A stretch of 64,000 nucleotides of DNA. Source: a virus. The stretch spans positions 7,969 to 71,968 of the IMG/VR virus record IMGVR_UViG_3300030107_004238; one strand, given 5' to 3'. The translations under genes were made by a program, and so were the position numbers. The notes under the pieces were generated by a model. The model saw only the letters and a program-made list of their open reading frames with translations. It had not been told where the DNA came from and searched no databases. Shown here piece after piece: positions 22,309 through 32,000 of the stretch. The number at the start of each line of letters is the position of its first letter. Position 1 is the first letter of the stretch.

Positions 22309-22743
22309 ATGGAAAAAAATTATATTATTCGCCCCGTGCGAGTAGAAGACTATCCCACTTTAATTAAATGGTGGGAATATTATAAAGATATTGAAGTTCC
22401 TGATTCTGGATTATTACCAAACAAAGGATTAGGAGGGTTTGTAGTTGAGAAAGAAGGTAAAATAATAGCCGCAGCATACGTATATTTAACAAATTCAGAT
22501 ATAGGATATGTTGATTATTTAATTTCAGATCCAGATTACAAGAACAGAGATAGATACGAAATGATTATCGATTTAATCCAAACATGTTCTGAAGTAGCCT
22601 TGGAAGAAGGTTGTAGAATGGTTTGGGCGATGACAACATATAAAGGTGTTGTTAGTAGATGCCAAGAGTTAGGGTATAATGTATTACCTGAAAAATACCA
22701 TCTTATATACACACATCACAAAGCTTATGAAAAACTAAAATAA
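22309..22743 (+). CDS. GNAT-fold acetyltransferase-like protein (copy 1)
   Basis: IRPV..EDY N-terminus, GFVVEKEGKIIAAAY, YLISDPDYK; occupies the position before ejection genes that is usual in podoviruses. Confidence 0.7.
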   Translation: MEKNYIIRPVRVEDYPTLIKWWEYYKDIEVPDSGLLPNKGLGGFVVEKEGKIIAAAYVYLTNSDIGYVDYLISDPDYKNRDRYEMIIDLIQTCSEVALEEGCRMVWAMTTYKGVVSRCQELGYNVLPEKYHLIYTHHKAYEKLK

Positions 22744-22750
22744 AAATAAT

Positions 22751-24673
22751 ATGGGTAGCAAAAAGAAACCATCAACTCCAAAATCAAGTTTAGGATCTGG
22801 AACAGTCGCGAAATACGAAGATATGTATATGAAGCAAAAGTATGAAAACCCATACTTAAATCTTCAAAATACAATGGAAGGCGTGGTTAATCCATTTGCT
22901 AGCGCTACTAATGTATACGCTGGCATGGAAAACACAATGGCTGATAGAGCAAATCCTTATGCTGGCATGGAAAATCCTTATGCTGATAGAGCAAATCCTT
23001 ATGCCGGTATGACAAACGAATATGCAAATGTAGCTAATGCTTACGAAGGTATGGGTAATGTATATAGTGACATGGAGAATCAATTCGAGGGAATGGAAAA
23101 TGTATTCGCTGATCAACAAAACGTATTTGCTGGTGCTCAAAATCAATACCAAGGAATGAAAGAGCAATATGCTGATATGAAAAACGAATATACCGGTATG
23201 GAAAATCAGTATGCTAATTTAAAAAATCAATATGCTGGTATGGAAAACCAAATGGAAGAGCTTGGTGTTTCAACAGAAGCCGCGGAATTTGCTGCTCAAA
23301 AACAATCTCAAGCAAGAGCGGATATAATGGATGCTCTGTCTGGTTCTGCTGGTGGATCTGGTATAGCTGGTTTAGCACAAACATTAGCAAATCAAGCTTC
23401 AGAAGACGCTAGATCACAATCTGTAGACATAGCAAGACAAGAGGTTGATAATGAAAAAATGAGAAAACAAGAAGCTACTAGAATTGACATGTTACAAAGA
23501 GGTGAAGCCGCTAAACTTGATCAATTAAGAGCTGGAGAACAAGCTAGATTAGAACAAATGGAAGCTGGTGAAGCAGCGAGAATAGAAGGATTAAAACGAT
23601 CGGAAAGAGGTGATATAGACAGATTAACAAGGGGTGAAGCCTCTAGATTAGACACTATGAGAATGCAAGAGGAATCGCAAATGCAAACTAGAGAGTTACA
23701 AGAAAAAGCGAGACTTGGAACGTTAAGCGCTACAGAAGCATCTAGATTAGATCAACTTGAAAGAGGTTATGCTGGTGATATGGATAGATTAGTAAGAGGT
23801 GAAACAGCTAAATTAGATTTAATGACAGCTGATAAAGCAATGCAATTAGACGCGATGAAGAGAGATTGGGCCGATCAAGATGATTTAAGAACAAGAGATT
23901 GGGCTGGAGCACAAGATTTAAGACAGAGAGATTGGGCTGACCAAGCAGATAGAGACGCAAGGATAACCGCAATGGATTTAGATAGACAGCAAAGAGATTA
24001 TGCTGGACAATTACAACAGCAATATTTAGGCACAGAGCTTAGTCTTGATTTAGCTACAAGAGGTATGGATCACGAATTACAAATGAAGGAAAGAGAGGGT
24101 GATATATATGTACAACAATTGGAGCAAGATAGAATATCTACATTGTTACAAGCTTCATTAGGTGGTGCCGCTGCTAGCAAACAAGCTTCAGCAACAAGAT
24201 CTGCTGGTAGAAGTCAGATGGTAAGTACTATTGTAACTAAAGTGATAAAAAAATGTTTACCTAAAGGAACTCTTATAGATACATTAGAATCACCTATAGC
24301 AATAGAAAATATAAAACCTGGAGATATTATTATTGGCTACGAAGGAATACCAGTAAAAGTTTTACAAAAACATGAATACTTAGAAGACCCTACTTCAAAA
24401 AGATTTTATGAAATTACAATTAAAGATAAAGACACGGTAAGAAAAGTTAATTGTTGTGACATGCATAAGGTTAGTGGAATAAGGGCTAAAGATATAAAAG
24501 AAACCGATGTTGTTAGTGTTAGAGTGTATAATGGAGTTGAGTTTAGTTATGATCTATTAACTCAAGATATGGGTTACAGAATAAACGGCGTGCCAGTCAA
24601 TAGTATGATTCCAGAAATGAAAGAAGACGTTGTTAAACTTCAGAAAAAATTAAAATCAATAAATAATAATTAA
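22751..24673 (+). CDS. Putative ejection (pilot) protein with 7-aa and 11-aa repeats and a C-terminal Hint domain
   Basis: N-x-Y-A-G-M-E heptads; AGGSGIAGLAQTLANQ; GEAARLDQLxR 11-mers; C502-LPKGTLI...IENIKPGD...YDLLT...YRINGVPVNS Hint signature. Confidence 0.7.
   Translation: MGSKKKPSTPKSSLGSGTVAKYEDMYMKQKYENPYLNLQNTMEGVVNPFASATNVYAGMENTMADRANPYAGMENPYADRANPYAGMTNEYANVANAYEGMGNVYSDMENQFEGMENVFADQQNVFAGAQNQYQGMKEQYADMKNEYTGMENQYANLKNQYAGMENQMEELGVSTEAAEFAAQKQSQARADIMDALSGSAGGSGIAGLAQTLANQASEDARSQSVDIARQEVDNEKMRKQEATRIDMLQRGEAAKLDQLRAGEQARLEQMEAGEAARIEGLKRSERGDIDRLTRGEASRLDTMRMQEESQMQTRELQEKARLGTLSATEASRLDQLERGYAGDMDRLVRGETAKLDLMTADKAMQLDAMKRDWADQDDLRTRDWAGAQDLRQRDWADQADRDARITAMDLDRQQRDYAGQLQQQYLGTELSLDLATRGMDHELQMKEREGDIYVQQLEQDRISTLLQASLGGAAASKQASATRSAGRSQMVSTIVTKVIKKCLPKGTLIDTLESPIAIENIKPGDIIIGYEGIPVKVLQKHEYLEDPTSKRFYEITIKDKDTVRKVNCCDMHKVSGIRAKDIKETDVVSVRVYNGVEFSYDLLTQDMGYRINGVPVNSMIPEMKEDVVKLQKKLKSINNN
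22840..23250 (+). repeat. Degenerate 21-bp tandem coding repeat
   Basis: Near-identical units, e.g. GCTGATAGAGCAAATCCTTATGC at 22940 and 22982; encodes about 19 N-x-[YF]-x-x-x-x heptads. Confidence 0.8.
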
Positions 24674-26031
24674 TGGCAGATCAAGGAATAGTAAACGCAT
24701 ATAATAGATATTTTCAAGCACAGGAACAGGCTGATTTAATGTCTGATCCGTTTTACCAATTTACAATTATAGCTACCCAAGCAGCTCAAGAATGGATGCA
24801 ACATAAGGTTAAATTAGAAGAAAAAGCTGGTAAATATGCCGCGCGTTATGAAGAAGGAGCTGAAACAGCTTTGATAAACGCAATGGATGGATTAAATCCA
24901 CAGGCTTCTCAAGTTGTTAATGATGTATTAGGACAGTTAAATACTCAAATGGATGTAGCAAAGCAACAAGGTGATAAAAATAAAATACGAGCTTTATATT
25001 CAGATGCTCAAAGATTAGCTAGTCAATTAAAAAAAGTAAATGGACTTACTACAGAGCATTTAAAAGCTATTAAAGCCGGTACATATTCTAAAGGTGCAGA
25101 TAGAACAAAACTAGATCAATTAGTTGATAAAGACAACGAGTTGTCTTACGAATTGTTTGTCGAAAGTAATCCAGAAAATGAAGGGTATTTAAATCCAGTA
25201 ATTAGATTAAAAGATGCCAACGGGGCTGTAACAACTGTTGGATTAGATGAATTAGACGAAGGTAATGTTATGAGAGCTGATGCTGTTGCTGATAATTGGG
25301 ATAATGCTATAAACACTAGCGTTAAAGCAGCGCTTGAAAGTGGTGATCATAAATTTGATGAGGCAAAATATAGAAGAACAATTGATAAATTGTTAGCTAA
25401 TAAAGACACTTTAATTTCAGCCGCTCACGATGATTTATTTGGGCAAGACAAAACTATTGCCGAAATGTGGAGAGAAAGTCATAAAGGTAAAAATGATAGT
25501 TGGATGAATGTGTGGCAGAAACACGACTCAATTGATGGCGCTGTAACTGGTATGGACGAAGCTGGTGGTTTTAACGAAACCGAGTTAAGAGAATATGTGT
25601 CTGGTAAAATGATGCAATTTGCTAAAGAAGATTATCAATCTCAATTAAACTCGAGATTAAAGAAAATGAGAGCTGGTAAAAATAATGGTGGTAGCAATAG
25701 CGTACAAGTTGGCGCTCATAGATATATGGATAAAGAGGTTGTTAGTACTATTAAAAACAATATACAAAATAGAACAAAAATAGATTTAGGCGGGGGACAA
25801 CAATATATACCTCAATCAAACGGCACTTGGCTTATTGAAGGTGGAGAGAATAATGGAGATGTTATAGGAATGGATCCAAATGGAAATGTATTACCAGAAC
25901 ATAGAATAATGCAATCATTAATAGCTACCTTAGCAAGTTTTGAAGAAATGCCGTTTATACAATTAAAACCATCATTAGGTTTTACACAATTATACGCTCC
26001 AAATAACACACAATATAACTCAAATAGATAA
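24673..26031 (+). CDS. Putative internal virion / ejection protein
   Basis: 452 aa, helical; start overlaps the upstream stop (TAATG); lies between the pilot protein and the giant protein. Confidence 0.55.
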   Translation: MADQGIVNAYNRYFQAQEQADLMSDPFYQFTIIATQAAQEWMQHKVKLEEKAGKYAARYEEGAETALINAMDGLNPQASQVVNDVLGQLNTQMDVAKQQGDKNKIRALYSDAQRLASQLKKVNGLTTEHLKAIKAGTYSKGADRTKLDQLVDKDNELSYELFVESNPENEGYLNPVIRLKDANGAVTTVGLDELDEGNVMRADAVADNWDNAINTSVKAALESGDHKFDEAKYRRTIDKLLANKDTLISAAHDDLFGQDKTIAEMWRESHKGKNDSWMNVWQKHDSIDGAVTGMDEAGGFNETELREYVSGKMMQFAKEDYQSQLNSRLKKMRAGKNNGGSNSVQVGAHRYMDKEVVSTIKNNIQNRTKIDLGGGQQYIPQSNGTWLIEGGENNGDVIGMDPNGNVLPEHRIMQSLIATLASFEEMPFIQLKPSLGFTQLYAPNNTQYNSNR

Positions 26032-26036
26032 ATAAT

Positions 26037-29000
26037 ATGTTTGAAATTTACGAGGTCAATGGACAACGATATGAAGTTAGTCCTGATCAACTAGAAAAAT
26101 TCTTTAAAGATTTTCCCAATGCTACTAAAGTGGGAAAGACAAGCGACTCTGCAAGTGCGGACCCGACTGCGGAGTCAAGCGATATGGGGTCCATATTGGA
26201 AAATGGTTCTTTGGCATTACCAGAAGCGAAAGACAGCAAGGATATAGTAAGAAATTTACCTCTAATAGATGATGCTGTAACTTATGACAAAGATCCAGTT
26301 TTAAAAGAGAATATCTTAAATAGTTTTTTTAATACAGACAATCTATTTAGACCTAGAGCTATTGACGAAACTCAAGCACCCGTAACCTTTAGCGGTATTG
26401 ATAGACCTAGTTATGGTATACATAGTAATATAACAGTACAAGGCACAGATACTGAATACAAAAACACAGAAGAAGAAGATTTAATAAATTATTTTGGAAA
26501 AGACAAATATAATTTATACAAAAAATATTTAGAAACTGGAGATTTAAAAACAGAAGATATACCAGAAAATCTTTCAAAAGGTTTTGAGGATATTAAAAAT
26601 GAAGAAACGTCTAAAAGATCTAGTCGTCTAAAAAAACTATACTTAGACCAAAATGACCATATTAAAATCGGTGATAGTTTTTATGATGGTGTTGCTATGG
26701 ATGAGGACGAAAGGGGATTATATTCAACTGATTTTATAGATTTATACGGCGAACAGGAAGATCTAGCAAAAGAACTAACTAGCGGATGGAGAGATCACAG
26801 AGGTTATACAAGTAACAAAACTGTTTTCCAAACACAGAAACAAAAGAAAGGTATTGCTGAGAAAACTGTTAAAATGCAAAATCAATACTTAACAGATTTA
26901 TCTACTGTTTTAGAAGAAGATTATGCTGCTTATGAAGAATATTTGAAAAGCTTAAATATTAAATCAGTTGATGATTTATCAACATTTATTAACGATCCCA
27001 ATATAGATATAAATACTAGAAAAGAAGTTTTGGCTAAAAATAGAGTTATGTCAAAACGTTTAAATGATTTTAAAACAATGGCTACTAAGTTTGACGATAG
27101 AGTAGCTGCGCTAAGCGCTTTAGATAAAAGTTACGATTGGGGTTATAGAGTAGGTTTATCTATTGAAAGAGATATATTTGGAGAGCTTTTTGGAGCTGGT
27201 AAGGCTATAGTAGCACTAGGCGCTCAAGAAACACTTGGTAAAGATTCTGAAATTTCAAAATATTTAAAAGATAGTTATGTTTCACATATAGATTATGTAG
27301 AAAGTTTAAAACAGAAAAAGGAAGCTAATTTACCACAGGATACTAAATTTGAAGATATTAACAGTTGGAATAGTTTCGGTGATTTTGTTGGAGAACAGCT
27401 TGGAAATAATATACTTAGTGTATCAACAGCTGGTGCATATGGTTTAGCAGTTAAGACCGGTAGTAAGCAAGCTGCTAAATGGGCGGGGAGAGCGGTGTTA
27501 GGTACTTTCTTTGGCGTTGAAGGAATGGGAAAGGTATCTGAAATGGAAATCGCTCAAAAACATGCTGCGGAAAACATAAAGTTTATAGATGAGGCTTTAG
27601 CTGATGAGAACACAACTCCAGATGTTAGAATAAGGTTGGAGGAGCAAAAAGAATTTAATGAAAAAGCTTTAAACTATAGTCAAGCAGAAAGAGCTTTTAT
27701 GGGGATGACGTATGGTGGTATTGCCGCTGTTGCAGAAAGAATGGGTACTATGCGTTGGATTGAAGATTTATATGGCACATCTAAAGTAGTAGGTCCGTTA
27801 ACGTTTAAATCAGGTTTACATCGTGCTAAAAACTTTATATTAAAAGTGCCTGGTACAGAGATGCTAGAGGAAACTGCAACGCAGGTCGGTCATAACTTAA
27901 TGGACGTTTTGATATTAAAAGAAAATAAGAGTTTAATAGAAGGGCTTGATCCAGATTTCTTCGCTAGTGTCTTTGTAACATCTATGGCTATAGGTGGACC
28001 TGGTGTTGCTGGGGGAGTTCGTAATGCTTTTAGAGGCGCTCTTCAAACAAGAGAAGAAACTAAAAAATTTAGAGATTTAAAAAGCGAATATGCAGAAAAT
28101 CATTTTATACTAAACCAAAGTCACAATAGATCACAGGGAGGTATAAATAAAAAACAAGCTGATGTTATTAAAGCTAGACAAGCAGAAATACTAAAAGAAA
28201 TTGAAGTACACGACATAAGTAGTTTTAATAAAATAGCAGATCTTGACAGTAAACAAGTAGAAAATCTTTTTGAAGTAGATAGAAAGCAAAGAGAAATATG
28301 GAAAAGAAATGCTCAATTAGGAGCTATTGGAAAAGAAAATAAGTCTATACTAAGAGAATCGAAAAAACTAAATAAAGAATATAACGATTTGCAATCTGAA
28401 AAAGACGCTATATTAGAGTCTCCAGCTAGAAAAAGAGAAGACAAACTAAAAGAAACCGCTAAAGAACAAGGATTAGAAGAAAGCGCCGCGATGAAACAAG
28501 CTTGGAATTATGGTAGAGCCGCTTATTATGACAATTTAGTTAAAGGGTTAGGTAGTAAAGTAAAGCGATTTGATGGCGAAAACATGGAACAAGATCTAAA
28601 TAAGTATTTAGACGAGGCAATCAAATCTGGTAAGTTAAAAGATAAAAAGTTAAAAGACGGAACTGTTATTACGGCTGAGATGCAAAAGAAACAAATAATA
28701 GAATCTGCAAAAACAAAAAAGAATTTAGATGGTAGCTTAAATATTGGTGCTAATGGAACGTTTGTTGGTAATGATATTATAACTTTTGAAAATAATAGAA
28801 GGCTTAACATGCTTTATGGTAATGATTTGGAAAAAGCTGACGCTATGCAAGTTGCTATCCATGAATTGCAGCACAAGTATGATATAAATAAGGGATTGGT
28901 TAAAGACGGTAAAGTTGTTGCTTCTCATAAACCTCTAGTAACAGCACTAAAACAACACGTGAAAGAGCTATATAAAAGAGGTGATATTGATAAGAAAACA

Positions 29001-32000
29001 TATAACCAATTTAAACAAAGAGTAGATCAATACAGTGATAAAGTAAATAAAAATAAAGTTGTTGATCAAACAGAATTATTAACATTATTAGGTACAATGA
29101 AACGTGCTGGAATGTTAAAAGAAGAAAAATCATCTCCCTTGTACGCTGCTAAATCTTTTATAAATAAAGTAAGAGCAATGGTTCATGGTGATAACCATAC
29201 GTTGTTAGATATGAATACAACTAAAGATGTGTTAAGATATATAGACACGTTTAACAAAAGAGTTGAGCAAGGTAAAAAAGTAGCAGCCACAATACCTGAG
29301 GAAGAAGCAATAAGTAAATTATCTAAAGGTATGACTAATAAAGCCGCTTCTGACAATGTTCAGCGTATATACGAAGAACAAGGTGAAGGTGGCGCTATGG
29401 ATATTATAGAACAGTTTAAACCTATTACGAGTAGAATAGCGGAAAGAAGAAGAGAGGCTCCTAATTATGATAAGGAACTTTTAATGAGTGAAATTGAAAT
29501 AGGTGAAAGAGGTATATTGGATTTAATTAGGGAATACAAACCAGAATCAGGAGTGCCGTTAGCTGCTTATATAAATAAGTTTTTACCAGCGAGAGCTATT
29601 GAGGCATCAAAAAGAGTATTGGGTGAAGAGTTTATCGAAGATATATCAGAAAGAGTTGATATAGCAGCTGAAGAAGTTACACAGGAGGTTAAAACAAAAC
29701 CTAAGAAAAAGAAAATAGTTTTAGCAGATAGATTAGGTGTTACAGAAGAAGTCGCAAAAGCTATTAAGAAAATAATGCCTAAAATAGATTTTAATAAAGA
29801 GACTTTTAAAACTTTAAAAAATCAAATTCCTGAGATAACAGGCGAGATGTTTGGTATAGCTCCTAAAAAAATAAAAAACCTAGCTAATTTAACAAAAAAA
29901 GAGTTACAATCAGCCCAAATGTTTATTAATAAAAACGCAAATTTATTAATCAATATGTTACCAGAGGGTGCTACAGCCGGTGGTACAGCCACAGGTGTTC
30001 CCAATACTTTATTAAAAGCGTTTTATACTAAAACTGATAGAGCTAAAATGGTTAAAACTGGTAGTAAAGCTGGTTTAGCAGTACAGCAAAAAAATAAAAT
30101 AGATAAAAAAGAGTTTTTAGAAACATTTGGTATTATAGATGGTAAACCTATCCGTACAGATAGAAACACATCAGCTAGAGTATTAGCATTAGCTAATTTA
30201 ACTGGTAAAATGATAACCAACCAAGCTGTTAGACAATCGTTAATTAGCGGCGGTAAAACCGTAGGTGAGGTAACTTCTTTGTCAGACGGTAAGTCTGTGA
30301 CCATGTTTAGTTTAGGTAGCAGAATAAAAGTAACTGGTCCAATCTCTGAACAAGCGCAAAGATTAGCAGATCAAATAGGTAAAAAAGCCACGTATGATAA
30401 TATGGTTAAAGCTGCTGGTTTAGATATAGATACTGGCGAGTTAAAATTAAAACCTATAGATTTAACAACTGAAAAAGGACGGCAAGAATATATTGGTTTT
30501 ATTGTAGAGGTATTAGCACCTGTGTTTCCTAAAGATATTTTACTTGCAATGTCTGGTTCTTTTGCTAGAGGGGATAGTGCAATTGAAAAAGCTAATAAAA
30601 ATAAGTTTTTATTCCAAAACAAAGAGCAGTTTGAAATATTTTTAGAGACGCTAGAAGCAACGGGTGTTGTTTTTGGACAAGATATGACGGTAGAAGATAG
30701 AAATGATATATTAAACGCTATTAAACGTGAAGGTTATGGCAAAGCTACTAGTAAAACGCAAAATAAAAAAATGAAGGATGAAGATCTTAAAGCTAGTAAA
30801 AAAAGAGGCTTTAAGTTAATATGGAAAAGTATACAAGATAATATTCAAAATGATCAACGTACTATACCTGGCTTTGCACTTATGCTTTCTTCTTCTAGTA
30901 GGTTCCAAGGACATTTTACTAGAACTGGCGCTATTATTGATTTTGTTAATAGTTTAACTGGAAAAAATAGAGAAGAACACACGTCCCCCATAACAGCTCT
31001 TGGTAAATATTTGTTTTTGCACGCAATAACTGGTGATTTATTTACAGGTGGAAAAAATAGCATATTTGAAAACGCAACTAAATCTTACTTTCAAGGTTCT
31101 TTACCAGTTTTTATGGATAATAGATTAAAACTAAAAGGTAGTTATGATTACTCATCATTACCACCAATAGAACATTTAGAAGGTATATTAAAAGGTGATA
31201 TATCAATATGGGCTAGATACTTTCATCCTAATGTAAATAATAATTTTAATACAGATCTTGACTCGATGTCTAAAGAAGATATTGCAAATGAGTTACATAA
31301 AATAGGTGGTATAAATCCTAACGTTATATACTTAGCAAATGGAAACACTATAGCTCAAGAGTTTGGTGTTGATGTAAACGTTAAAATAACACCACAAATA
31401 GTGGCGGCACAGCAAGATTTAATATACAGGATGGCCATTGGAGAAAAAATTAGCAAAAGCAAAATAAAATCAGTTCTTGATTCTGCTGTTAATTTAAAAA
31501 TTGAAAAAAATTTAAAAGAAAATAAAACATTAAATGATGCCGCTGTTCAAGGTAGAAAAATCATTAAGGAATCTAAAGGTATTACTGTTTTAGATTTTGA
31601 TGATACACTAGCAACAACTAAGTCTGGTGTTAGAGCAACTATACCTAATTTAGATGGAACACCGAAACCTGGTAGAAAAGCTATACTATTAGCTGGTGGG
31701 GCTGGTAGTGGTAAATCAAATGTTGTTAAACAGTTAGGTTTAGTTAAAGATGGTTTTAAAGTTGTTAATCAAGATATAGCCTTAGAATGGTTAAAGAAAA
31801 ACGCTGGTATACCTACAGATATGAGAGATTTAACTAGGGAACAACTATCTACACTTGGTAAACTAAGTTGGGAAGCTAGAAAAATTGCAAAAAGAAAGTA
31901 TGGTAAATTTAAAGGTCAAGGAGATGGGGTTGTAATTGATGGTACCGGAGGATCTGTTAAAAACATTCAAACACAGAAAGCAGAATTAGAAGCTGCAGGT

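Noticed and set aside
24254-24604. Classical mobile intein
   Set aside because: No homing endonuclease, no His-Asn end, and only a short C-terminal extension; better explained as a BIL/Hog-type Hint.
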